Of a DNA stretch of 64,000 bases, positions 12,776 through 26,000 are shown piece after piece. The notes below the pieces were generated by a model that saw only the letters and a list, made by a program, of their open reading frames with translations, was not told the origin of the DNA and did not search any database. The position numbers and the translations under genes were made by a program. The stretch's first letter is position 1; each line of letters begins with the position of its first letter. Source of the DNA: Sphagnum compactum (Eukaryota); assembly GCA_965153455.1 (NCBI GenBank), contig OZ234493.1, forward strand, positions 24,294,213 to 24,358,212, given 5' to 3'.

Positions 12776-14898
12776 CAGTGTTGGGCGGTTATTATTATTT
12801 TTTTTTTATAATCGCCTTCTCCAGTTCTAATTTTTTTTTTAATGCAAGAATCGAGGTGGTTGGTTCTCACATTTTTAAATTTATTTTTCTTTTATGTCCA
12901 ACTGGTTCTTTCAGAACCAATTCTTAACTCATTTTAGATTAGTCAATTCTATTAAATTGGTTCTTTAACTTCACTTTCAGATTTTAGGATTAAAATTTTG
13001 AAATGTTTTTTTCAAATTTTCATAGGTTAAAAACAAAATTTTTATATCTAAACAAAAACATGTGATCACATTTCAAAGATATACAAGTCGAAGAACATTA
13101 GAGTAATCTTTTTCCCAATTTATCTTACTCAAATGAGCCTTCAAACTCATATAATTCTTATTCTAAGTTTGTTTCAAAATTTATTAATTCTACCAACTTA
13201 TTAGAGGTGTTGCATTCCATCCTTTCATCGTTAAGCCAATTCTTACTTGCAAAAATTAATTTCTCAAGGTTTTCTGATTGAAAATAGCATCTTCTCAAAC
13301 TGGAGGGAATTCCAACAATGGAAAAAAAAATCTCTTAGTTTCAATTTGAACCTATAATTCCTAATATTTATTTAGTTCAAAAGCCAACATATGGGAACAT
13401 AATTTCATATTTCCCCCACCCACCCAATGGCATTTGATATCTTTAACAATGGTCCCCCATGCTCACCACAAAGAAAAGGAGATTAATATAAAAGTTTTGA
13501 ATCTAGAATCTAACATCAAGGTTAGCATATGATGAACTCTCCTTTCATCATATCTTGTCAAGAAAGAAAGGAAATAGTTAATCACCCCAATGATTGACCT
13601 CCTTCTTAATGTTCTTCACAAAAGTTCCCAACTCAACAATCAATCTAAAGTCGTCGTCATCAATCAAACCATCTAATAAAGGGAGATGGTTCATTCTTTT
13701 CTTTAGTTTTAAGCTCATGGATATGGTTACATTCAAAACATCACTCAACAACCACCGACCTTAGAATTAGTTTTGCAAATAGTAACAATACGAGACAAAA
13801 TGTTTATTATAATTTGTGATATATGTCATGTGAATGGAGGGGGAACACAACCAATGACCCTAGGACCAATTTGCTTGTTGTAGCAAAAGGCAATGGCTTC
13901 TCAAATTAATAAAGGGCTTCCTAAAACTTGATCACTTTACTTGTAAACTTGTACAATTCATATTATTAATCAAAAAGAAACATTTTGGAATACAAAGATT
14001 CAAAACAATGAAAAATTTAAAAAATCAAAATAAAGTAACTTGCATTCTACCTTGTTATGACTGGTGTGTTCAATTTTTTGGGCTTGAGGCTTGCAATAAT
14101 GCAAGCCTTTGTCCATTCATGTCTTCCTTTCCTTGACTTTTTAGGCCATGTAATACATTTTTGCAAATTTGCTTGGGTAGACTTAATAGAAACATATTTC
14201 AAGCCCTTAAAGATTATTTCTTCAACATCTGCAAATTAGGAAGCCTTAAAGAAGGCATGTCCAAAACAAATCCTTTGAAAACTTTCCATCATGCCCAAAA
14301 AAATTCAATCATGACAAACATTAAAAATATGATGAATGAATGAATTAGGAACACAACAAACACTAATATCATGACAAACATATAAACATTAGGAACAGAA
14401 TGGACATTAAGACTGGGATGAACACCATGAACATGACAAACACCTACAAGAACATGATGTTCAACATAAACATAATGAACACCAAAAAAAAGATGAGCAA
14501 GAACAAAAGAGATCAACAAACATACCTAAAAAGTTAGGGGCATGATGGACAATGTGAACATATAATCTTGCTTCAAATATGGGAAAAATGACATTTCTTT
14601 AACCCTAAACCTAAAACTTTGCCTCTAATGTAAAACCCTAAACTCTAATTAATTTTAAACTCCGTACTCGAAACCATTAAGAATTAAACCTAAGGGTTAT
14701 CCATATACCCTACCTGGGTATCAAAGTTCCAAATTTAAAAAATGGTTTTTAATGAACTAGGTATCCCAAATTTGATATCTAAAAATCTAGGTATCAACTT
14801 ATGTAGCACCCTAGGTGATACCTTGTTGATTTTTTGCCTGAGAATTAGTTAAAAACCAAGCTAATTCTAAACTAGTGTTTAATACCTACCCAACACTA
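12776..14898 (-). mobile_element. Decayed hAT-superfamily DNA transposon
   Basis: Imperfect 18-bp TIRs: CAGTGTTGGGCGGTTATT (12776) and reverse complement TAGTGTTGGGTAGGTATT (ending 14898). Minus strand ~13200-13420 gives frameshifted hAT dimerisation-domain remnants (WGKYEIMFPYVGF..ILGIIGS..FFSIVGI..LRRCYFQSENLEKLIFASKNW). No clear 8-bp TSD. Confidence 0.65.
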
Positions 14899-15699
14899 GC
14901 TAAAGTAACAATCATCCAAAAAACAATTTAATTAACTAATCCATTTTATTTTTTCCCTTTTGTATCCAATCTGTGACATAGATGGATTATGGGACGTAAA
15001 CAACATGGGAAAGCAATTGAGACTAGTAACACTTGGTATTAGAGGGTCCTTTCAAGACGAGTAAAAGTCAATGCAACATAAAATACATACTTCATCAAGT
15101 CACCTAGCCAACCAGCCAACCAAAAGTGTTGTTGTGTTTCCTATGAGTGTGTAAAAACACATCAAGCTTTCCACCACAAAATTAGTTATCATTTGAAACT
15201 TTGTTGTATAGAGTTTCTGAAGTTGATTGGGATCCTTGTGAGCTAATCCACTTCAATCGTTTTTTTAAAACTTTTGTGTGGCATTATTTGCCTCAAGTTT
15301 TACAAGATTAAAAACAAGGAGTGAAGCATGTAATATTTTTATATTAAGGTGTTTTGGTCGTGTTTAACCCAATAGAATAGTGATTGTGACTCCTAAGCCT
15401 ATTACAAAGTTAGGTTTATTTTTAACATAATGCCCTAGCCATGGACCCTTGGAGGTTTTCTATTTTGTTTTTGGGTTTCATTTAATCTTGTATGGTTGGC
15501 TTTGTAGATTTAGAATTGCCTTATAGCAATAATCAATCTTTAGAAAATGGGGCCTATGCTCTTAGTAGGCCTCATTATTCATGGGCATGAAACATCCCAT
15601 GTCTTTTAGTTCATCATGTTTCATCGAACCTCGTATTCCCATTGCCCATTTGTTTTATCATGTGCCACCATAGACCTATTTTCCACCCCATCTCCCATG

Positions 15700-18600
15700 C
15701 AAATTAGGAACTACCCACTAGTTCCCCCTCCCATTCTAACAAACCACACACCACCTATTAATTACCCTTATCAACCTTTAACCCTTCGAATGTGAAAGCC
15801 CAACCCTACACTTCCCCAAACCCTCATGAACATACACAAGTAGGACCGTTTCCCTCTTGCACCCTATCAGCCCTTATAATTACCCATGATCAAACCCCCC
15901 AACCTATCTCCATTTCCTCAACATGTTCACAACCGCCACCTAAAGTTTTTTGCCACACTTATGGGTGCCAATTTATCTGTCGAAGGTTAGCACATCATCA
16001 ACATTATTGTCATGCATCCAATTCATTTAATCCAAACCCTTATGAACATCTTGGTTCAATACCCTCCCTTGCTCTCACCTTGCCTGAATTGGTTTAAACA
16101 TGGGTTTCATCATTGGATGTCTTTGAATCCTTTCATTTAGGTTTTCATTGCCTTTGATTATACAATTGCATCCATGCCACTATATGGTGTGATGTACAAA
16201 TATCGTTTCATTTTCCATTGGATAAGCTAACGCAAGACCCTTATGATGTGGCAACTTGGCACTTGTTCTTCTTCTTGTTACCCCAATGGTGTTTCGCTTT
16301 GCCCCCTTGTGGCGAGGCAACAGGGCATAGGGAAACATGGGTTCGACTTCAATGTATTCTAATAGATGATTAGGAAAACTTGTAGGAGGAGTTCTTTTTG
16401 TGGGTTCAAGTTTGGCAATAAATTTGAGTTCAGTGCCTCTTCCCCATCATGATCCTCAAAGTCATAAACGGTTTCGTTGTAGTTTAATTCTTGGATGTGT
16501 ACGAGAATATTTTCGAACAACTCGCATTTTGGCACCATTTTCCCTTGCTCCCGTGTCCTTTGACACCACTTCAGTTTTCACCGCATTACACCCTGAATAA
16601 GATGGTTACTTTCCACTTTTCCTAAAGACAATGAACTAAACCAAAACCTTGAATTTTTTTTTATTCCTTCAAAGTGGCATTCCAACACATGTTGAATTTA
16701 TTGGCATGCGGTCCTTCTAAGATGTTTTTAATACATTTGAGATTATTTTCACCCATAAGATTTAACAAATGAATTCCCTCAGTTGTTTCAACTTTATTCT
16801 CATATTGCACATGGTCACATTTCACTTCAAATTGCACATAACCTTGGAGCAACCCACCTCCTAGCCATGATTAAACCTTCAGGAAGAATTCATCCCATTA
16901 TAATGGGGGAATCACTATATCAACTCACAAACCATGTTTTAAGCTTTTAATTTCACAACGCTTTTGTAACACATTTTTCCCTGCACTAATTCAAGTTGCT
17001 ATTAAAGGTAGTTGTGAAACAGTAATCCACAACATCATGTGAACCTTGGACCTTCACCTTGATTGGGTTGTTCTCTAGCTGGACATGGCGAACACCTTTA
17101 GTTCGGTGTTAGGGAGGGTCATATTTCAAGAACTTCATGCAACAGGTGGAAACATCATAAATTCATCCCTTTTGTTTGTGCATTCTATGCATTTTGAGTA
17201 TCCCATGTTTTATAGTCACTGGAATCATGAAAGTAATGTCATAGTCATCCCATCTGCCATGGGAACTTATCAAGGTGATCCCTTGGGAGGGGCACTATTT
17301 GTTTTAACCCACTTTAAGGTTTTACATTTTATAGTTAATTGTTTTCCTTCTTGTCTATTTCCATCCATTGTAAATGACATTCACATCATTAGTCCCCTTT
17401 CAATTGTATCATTTGTATATGAACATTTCCAAACCAAACTCCATGTGATAGGTCTTTCTATCTAAGTTCAAAAATGTGTAGCATGGTCGCCCTTTGGCCC
17501 ACTTCTTGATTTCAACACCCCATCCCAATTTTACACACTATCAAAAGGAATTAGAATCTTGGGGGATCCATTGGGCACTTCATCATTCACATCATCTTTC
17601 ATCAAAGATGCCTTACTAAAAGATGTTCAACACGTTGACCTTCTCCTTAAAATGGGTGATGTTAAAGTAACATTTGGAATTGTTACTCATTATTTTGTGC
17701 AATGGCCATCATATTTCTTATAATGCGCACCTCCTTCTTCCACTTTCATAGAGTCCCTTATTTCTTTCGATCCATCCTTCCTTTAAGTGTTTGGGCACTT
17801 TTTGGGTTCAGGATCCTTTGATAGCTTAGAAGGACCTTTATCCCGTAAACAAGCCTCTTTCCCAATAACTTTCTGTGGCATCAGGTTCATACCAATAACC
17901 GCCATCACCCCAACAACCTATTTAAGGAGTTGGGCCTTTGTAGCTTCAATCATAGCTCCTAGGTTTATGGTTAATCAACGTCCCTTCCTTCTTGAAACCT
18001 TAACACGAATCGACAATAACACCTTCCCTTTCTAACAACATTTCAAAGTGGCATTGATCTTCTACGACCCCCAACTTGGATGTGTCTTCTTCCATTTGAA
18101 CAATTCATCGAACCACAAATGGTTCAACTTCAAAATTCCATTTTGGAATGTTTACACCATCATACCATTTTCAGCATGTTCTTTGACAAGATATTTGAAG
18201 CCCGTCATGCTCAAATTTTATCATGTTCTAGCCCAAGGGCAAATGCTTGATTTACAATTCGACTAATTTTCCCAGCCTTTTGATTATCTTCCTTAGTTTT
18301 TTCCACAATCTTTCGAACATGACTTGGAGTACCCCATCCTTCAATTATAAATATCCCTTGATGTGTGTGCACACATCCCATCAACCTTATAAATATTCAC
18401 CTCTTACGTTGCGTTCATGGCAATGAGCACATGGGAACCCATGATGCAATTCATGACACCTTTGCTTCTATTATGCGAAATGTTAACTTCCATGTGGGAT
18501 AAGAATAACTGCATATGTTTCCTTCAACCGTGTTCAACTCTTCTTGTCGATGAGTCAACATTGTACTCACCAAATATGACATTCACACCCTAACTGATGT

Positions 18601-19181
18601 TTTCATTGCTGACCCAATGTGAGCGGATTTACTTCCTAGATCTTCTGCAACTCAAGAATTCGTTGCTTCTGATGCGGCTCAAGCCAAAAAGAGGAACTAT
18701 CGTGACTGACACCCTATTGATCAATTCCTCCCTTTAACAATTGATGTATTTAGATGTTTGCACAAATAGGCTAATGTGTTTTTACATAATGTCATTTGGA
18801 GCTTGAAAAGGTAAAAGGGCCTTCATCTTTCTATCTTGGTTACTTTTATTTGTCAAAAAAATTCAATCACATTGCAAAGGAAGCAAACATCTTCCATCTT
18901 AAGTCGGGTTGTAGCCGTAGGTTTAACTACTTCCAAATTGCCACCCCTTCAAAACGCCCCGCCCATCACCACAACCAACCTATTGCAAGCAATCAATTTT
19001 TGACATGGAGAAATATGGCCGACCTACTACATGTGATTAGTTTTTGACATGCAAAGATGTTGACATCAAGTTTGAACTAACTTTTCCTCTTGTAAATTCT
19101 CCCATTTCTTTTTTCTTACTCATTTGTACATTTTCCAAATTTACGTTGTGTGTATAAATAAAGTTTTGCAGGGTTACATCA
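15700..19181 (+). mobile_element. Decayed non-LTR retrotransposon with restriction-like endonuclease (CRE/R2/NeSL-type); near full length, 5' boundary approximate
   Basis: Frameshifted remnants in the expected order: zinc-finger-like CHTYGCQFICRRLAHHQHYCH (~15950); RT motifs LDMANTFSSV, GTYQGDPLGG (~17260), FPSIVNDIHII, GIRILGDPLG; CCHC knuckle CVCTHPI..IHLLRCVHGNEHMGTHDAI (~18360-18450); RLE-like V.IVLT..DVFIADP..AAQAK..FLPLTIDVFRCL (~18550-18760). Confidence 0.8.
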
Positions 19182-19659
19182 ATTCTATATTCTTGGCTAC
19201 ATACTTGAACTTAACATAAAGATTTGGTGTCTCGGGATTTTTGTCTCTTTGAAATTTGTCGAATTTGGGCCATTTTTTTTTCAAGAAAAATCCTTTGTAT
19301 AGGTCAAAATTTGATGAAATTTCATCAATTAAAAAAACACTGAATCAGTGTTCTTTTTTCATATCCATTATGGAGCCAAAGTGACCAGCATCCCTAGTCA
19401 ATTTTTGATTTAACTGGTGACCCATTTCCAGAGAACTCAAAAATGTGTAACCAGTACACATGAATGTGGCCACACCCACCCCAAAAAACCAGTTTTCTGT
19501 CTCCAATTTGGAGAATATTTTGATAAGAAAAGGGCAATTTGTTACAAAATATTCCATTTTCAGAAAACTGTGGTAGCTTTTGACAATTTTTAGTCCCAAA
19601 AAAAAAAGTTGCTGTAAATGTGCACAAGGATACAAAGGTCTTCCCAGGGTTTCTTTTTA

Positions 19660-19915
19660 GGCTTTTGTGATGTATTCAAAGTGATGCTCATCCAGAAAAT
19701 AACTTAGCCAGATTTGGCTACATACTAGATATGAAAGTAGGAAAAAAACCAAAATCCTTCTATATTCTTGGCTACCTACCTACTAGAAATTATTATATAA
19801 GTCTGATGATTTGACTTGATATTTTTCAAAATCTAGCAAATATGGTTTCCATGAAAAATCCTTTGTATTGGTTGAAATCATATATTTCAAGTCAAAATTT
19901 GGAGAAAATTCGCCA
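19660..19915. repeat. Dispersed non-coding repeat family; related pieces at ~19185-19340, ~29500-29650 and ~41220-41350
   Basis: Shared motifs TTAGCCA(A/G)ATTTGG, TTCTATATTCTTGGCTAC and AAAAATCCTTTGTAT recur at several places in the window. Confidence 0.55.
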
Positions 19916-22616
19916 ATGAATGAAACCTTGGGTCTCCTCCACACACTTGCAGTTCAGTTCAGCACCCAATTCTTCAAGTTCCCAAAGGAAGGGTTCCCAT
20001 CAGGTTCCCAATGTGTTCCTCAAGGGTGTTCCCAATAGCACCTCACTTGAATCGCAGATGCTCTGCCCAAAGTCCTCCCCTTCTCACCTATATAGGCGGG
20101 CCAAAGGGTGGGAGGCACTCCATCTTTCCATAGAATCTTCTATTTTGCGGAGCCTCCATAGTTTCAACTTTTTTTTACAAGGATCAAATTGGGTCATTGC
20201 AAAAATAAAAAGTTGGACTTATGAGGCACCCCCAACTAGTTAATATGAAACAGAAATAAGTACCCCAAGTTTTGGTAGGTTGTTCTTAGGAAGGGTATTA
20301 ACATAGGTGAAAAATAATGACAAAGATATCTATGTTTAGAAATTCTGCTCAGCCAATGAGGCAGGCTTTTTTGTTTTTGGTGAGGGGCCCAATGGGGAGG
20401 AAGGGTCTGACTTATTTTAATATTATTGGCCTTGCCTACCAAGGCAACGACATTTAGTTTAGATTCATTATAGAGTATAGTAGCTTAAGGGATTTTGGCC
20501 CCTAGGTAATAATAATAGGTCTATTTTGATACAAGGATATTTGAAAGATGATCTTTTTGCTTGTGTTGAAACTTGGGATTAGTTATAGAGTTATGATATC
20601 TTGAAGGATTTTGGTTTCTTTTAGAGGGATTTTTTTGAAGATTATATTTTTGCATGGTGAAATATTTGAATTTCCATAATTCTTCTTGTTTTGCCTTAAG
20701 ATACTTTTTTAATGTAAATTGCAAGACCACAGTGTGACACAACCCTTGTTTTTTTGGGGGAGGAAGAGAGTGAGTCATTTTCATTTGACCGGCAGCCTCC
20801 CTTCTAAGTGAGAATTTAACTAACTTGTGCAATCTTTTGGATTTTTTGCAAATCTACACTTGTGTTCTGAAGAACTTTACTCTCTTTTGGCAAGTTCTCT
20901 CAAGGGAGTAGTAGTATATAACAACTTTAGTTTTAATCTTAGATTTGTGTTAGTCTCAGGCTTGAAAGAGAGACAAGGCCAGAGAGAAAGTAAATATTTT
21001 TTTAAATTTCAGGTGTCCTAAGGTTTGGAGACTTTTTATTTTTGTTTTGGGTGATTGGCCAATGTCTCTACAGAGTGAAACAGGAAAAACAAAACTTGGA
21101 AAATTTAATGCACCTGCAACTAATGAATAAATAGGAGAGGTGAATAAGAAGTACAACTAGGGTACCTGCAACCTTTTGCCAAAGAGTAATACTTTGCAGG
21201 CCTAGAAATGAAAAAAATTAGTACTTGAATTAGAGGGGCTGTGGGTGAGATAGCTAAATTTTCTAGGAATGCTTTATAACTTGACCAACTAGTTTGCATG
21301 TAATGACTTTCAAACGTTTAATGATATGATAACAAATATTGAATCACTTGGTGTACAATAATTGAATGGTGGAATTTCTGTTAATTTTTTGCATAAAAAT
21401 GATATTACATGGTCATCGATGATAATATGTTTAACGAGCTTGAAAATTCTATAAAAGAACAAAACGAGATTTGCAATTTGCCAATTAAGTTTGATGAATG
21501 AGCCCTTTGTCCTTTTGGCAGCTAGAAAAACACCTAGTTTCAAGTTTTAGAAAAGTTCCCAAAATTGTATCTTGGGATCTATCTTCATGGGTGTTTCTTT
21601 CATGCAATTTTAAGGGTCAAATTCTCATGAATGAACTTCACTCATGAATTGTGAACTAGGTTATGATGGATAAACATTTTACCCATTATTATGAATGAAA
21701 GTTAGTTGTTGGTGTTGATATTTTTCTTAGGGGCAAATTTTGTTTCCCTGTGGTGAATTTTGTTTTTGAAAGCAGTGGAAAAAACAGAAAGAAATGATGT
21801 TTTTCAAAGTTTTTTGTGTCATTTTTTGAATAATACTTAGTGTAAGGAATTAACTTCCAGGGTTCACTTTTGGCATGCTTACCTTCTGTAAGCAGCAAAG
21901 CAACAAAACACTCTGCTACATATGCATGGTATTCCATACAAATCGTCACATTTCTTTCATGAGAATTCCTCATGTCTTGCAACATGTTTTACAAAGTCAA
22001 GACACTTTTGTCTTGGTGGGGTGGGTCGTTGCATATGTCCTCCCTCCCAAACACCTATTTTACAAGAGTTATCAATAATGAATCATCAAATTACCCAAAC
22101 TTCCATAAACATTGACAAACCTACTCTCACTAAACTTGTCTCAACATCTCCCCATCTACTGGAAAGGCCAGAGAAATAATCCCACTTACTGAATCCTTCT
22201 GCTGTTAATCTTGCACTGCCAAAGGAATCCTCCCACCAGAGCAAACAATCCTACCAAAAATAGGCCCACATACTTCCACGGCCTGATTCATGTTTAAGGC
22301 TAGGAATACACCTTGGTGGAATGTGGTACAATGAGCCATCAAGGGAGTGTCATGAAGGGACATCTGTGTAGATAAGGTTCTTCTGACATGGTGATCCCAA
22401 TCTCTTTGTGTGATCTAACATAGTCCAAGTGTGCTGGAAGTGGCTTTCCAACAGCAAAGCTTGCATGCTTGACCCAATATCCAGCACTTTGCAAAGACTT
22501 CCATGATGCTGTTGAGCTTGACTGTCAGAGACTGTTAAAAGTCTCAGTGTGCCCTTCAATGTTGTCCCCCAATTGATTCTCGATTCAACTGCAGTTCAAG
22601 CAAATCTAAACTTCTG

Positions 22617-22760
22617 AAGGGAGTGTTGATGATCAAGGTGGCAGATGCAGTATCAGTGCTCCATGCTCACAACCCAGAGGCTTGCTTGAACTTTTAAAGG
22701 GAGCGTTGATGATGAAGGTAGCAGATCCAGTATCATTGCTCCACACTCACAACCCACAAG
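22617..22760. repeat. Two-copy tandem duplication (period 80 bp) downstream of the kinase stop codon
   Basis: aagggagtgttgatgatcaaggtggcagatgcagtatcagtgctccatgctcacaaccca vs aagggagcgttgatgatgaaggtagcagatccagtatcattgctccacactcacaaccca. Confidence 0.8.
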
Positions 22761-23023
22761 CTCTCGTAAACTGTTGGCCTAGTTCTCATCAGTATAAGCA
22801 CCCAGTCCAAATGCTCAAACTTCCCCATCTCAACTGTTCTTTGAGGTAGTGATGTGACTTTCTTTTCATCACAGGTCAGATGTGTGACAGAAAGTTGCAT
22901 GGTGGCCAAATCATGCCCTGAAAGACACTGCCTAACACCAGCCCAGATAAGCCCCAAAACACAAGGCTCCATGTGGCAGGCTGTAGTAAGCCACCAATAT
23001 TACAGAACTTGAGGCATGTCAAG

Positions 23024-26000
23024 TCATCGAGGAGCAAGATTAGCCAGACTCTTCCTGGTCGTTTTACGAAATGATGAATCTCGCATGATTGAGGACCTTC
23101 GTCGATGCGTAGGGGCAGTTGCAGGGGGCTCTACTGAAGACTCTCTCTGCAAGAACGTCATTTAGAAACCTGTTAGTGAGTAGTAAGACAAGATGTGCAG
23201 TGTGTTGAAACTAAGACAGTGAGAAGATCAAATCTCCCTTACAAAACAGGTAGTACATACATAGTTATGATGTCACAGTAAGAAAATGGGCAATTTGTTG
23301 ACAATTTATAATCTCTCAAAAAGAAGAAAACCTAATCTCAAACAAATTGCTCATGTTTGATAGTACCATCTGTAAGATCCAAATTTCAAGGATGATCTTG
23401 GGTTCAGATGTCTCTTGTGTTGCTCAGACCACCCAATCTCTCATACACTCATAAGGAGAGACCTATGTACCTCTCGTGCTTGGATGCAGAACACTTACAT
23501 TCAGGGGGTAACGAGGTGACCTATCACCATGATACTCAATTAAGGGCTCTCCCTGTGCATCCTTCAGGGCCAAATACTCAACACAGAATGGACCTTGATG
23601 TCGCCTAGGATCACCAGGCTTTAGCAAATGCCGGCTAAACCTCAGACCAACCTGCCATTCAGCTCGAAGCTTGACCTCATCCACACTGAACTCTCTACTG
23701 CTCGAGGCATTGTAAAACCAGAGACCTTTCTTCCACATAAGCGCATCATCCAAAGTCGCCTCAATTTTGTTCAAACCAAGGTTTTGCATGGTCGGCCAAA
23801 TCTTGCATCTAATTGCTAGCTTCTTGTTCTCAATTGTGTACTTGATGACGACAGAGGTTTGTGTGATTACATAGGTTGGCCACCTGAGAAAGGAGTGATC
23901 CAACCCCAAAAAGGCATCAGGGAACCCATAGCTTGGAAATACAACTGGTGGAAACAACAGCCAGAACATTTTCAATGAGTTCTGTAATCTTGCACGCAAC
24001 ATGCTTTTCCCTCACTATCCCTCTGCTTTCTCCAATGGTTTAAAGAAAGTTATATGCATCTGGTTGCAGTACATCCACTGAACCCACCATCCAAATAAAT
24101 TTGAACCTGAAGCATAAAAGATATTAAACTAGACACACATGTGATGACAAAACAACACCAAGACCAAATATTCAGTCAATCAAGCTTCAGACAAAATCTT
24201 ACCCATTGTCAGAACTTGTTCGAGTGTATGTGCGTGCTTGAGGACTCCCACTTGTGCGATTCGACAACCCTCCATGATTGCTCAAGGAATCCTGCAAACA
24301 AATTGTTACATGTTGGAATTTAGAATTTGGTGACGAATGCTACTCGGTGGGGTCAGGAGTGAGGAATCTATCTGATTGTCAAAGAACAGCTACAGGACTT
24401 CAACTGAAGAAGTCAAAATCGATGGCAGAAAGCCTCCCTCTGGAAAATGACTGCACGTTTTCACGAATTACCCAGGCTCTCCTATGACATTGTCAAGCTC
24501 CTCCAACCTAATACTCACAGGCTGGCATGTCACACATCCAATGGTATACTTTAAGGAGCTAGACACACAGAACATGTTCAACACACACCCCATAACATTG
24601 GAACTTTTACACTACCTGCATTCGAACTGCAATTGTCCTTGGTCAACTCTCAACATATGAAAGGGAAAACTGAAAAGGTTGACATCCCTGATCAACAGCA
24701 GGCTTGTGTAACACCAGTGAGCTTGCTGAAAAGGAAACATGCTACTGAAGAAAATCTCTTTAACAAGAAATACTAGTAATAATTTGATTTGCAATGTAGG
24801 AGGCTCTTAGTTAGGGTGACAATGGCTTTTCCCACAATCTGACATACAAAAGCAGTGATTTGCAAGGGCCATGGATTGAAAGTGCAAGAATCCAACCCAA
24901 ATTGAGGAGAGTTTTTGGTCCATTGCAGCAAGAGGCACTGGGAGGTTAATGAAGTGCCCACCTCATTACTGATTTCAGAGCTTGAAGCTTCTTCACAATC
25001 TGCAATATAAAGCCTTTTCACAACTTCTCTCATGCTGGGCCGCCGATCTGGTTCATCATCTACACAGGCCATGGCCAGTTGCACGACAGCCAGTAACTGC
25101 TGTGGCAGATACTCGCCTGGGTTGATTCTATCATCCACCATCTTGGGCAGAAGTAATGGCCACAATTCTGGATCACTGTGCAGAAAGTCCCTAGACCAGT
25201 CCACTAAGCTTGTCTGCCTCTCAATGGCTTTCTTGCCTGTCACAAGCTCAAGGAGCACCACCCCATAGCTGTATACATCATTCTTCTCATTAGCTTGTCC
25301 TGTTTTATAGTAATCAGGGTCAACATAACCTGGAGTACCCTTGAGGCGCATGGAGGTACTGGGGTCCATATTCTGTGTCTTGCTAAGACCAAAGTCTGCA
25401 ATTTTGGCATGCATGTCAGCATCAAACAAGATGTTGCTTGGCTTGATGTCACGGTGAACAAGAGTAGGCTTTGCATAATTGTGGAGATACTCCAGCCCTT
25501 GTGCAACATCCACTGCCACCTTTATTCTCTGGTGCCAGTCAAAGAGGTGCACAGAGTCAGTCTCCTCATTCTTCTTATTATGCAGGTGTTGCTGCAGTGA
25601 ACCATTCTCCATAAACTCATAGATGAGAAAGAGCTGGTCGCCTTCGATACAATAGCCGAGTAATGAAACAAGATTATTATGGTGCAACCTTGAAATGCTA
25701 CGGAGTTCACTCCAAAATTCCTTCTCAATCGCATCTTGGTTCTTCATCTCCTCACCACTGTTGCTCCTGACACCATCCAGAGCCTTGCTCCTATCTAGCT
25801 TTTTCACTGCAGCTTTTTGCTGTGGTTCTGGACCTGGGAGAGTAGCTTCATACACTGTACCTTGACCACCTTTCCCCAAAACTACTTTGAAGAAGTCTGT
25901 CATTGTGAGAATCTCCTGAAGTGTGAACATCTCAAGAGACCCAACCTGCCGCTCCCTCGGGCTGCTTGTTGCTGCATTCAGTTCCTGCGGGGGTTGTTGC

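Noticed and set aside
24773-24961. C-terminus of the 555-aa kinase ORF as given in the track (VGTSLTSQCLL...)
   Set aside because: Reads through a GT donor at 24961; a phase-consistent downstream exon chain ending in PR* is a better model. The TTG start at 26440 was also replaced by ATG 26368.
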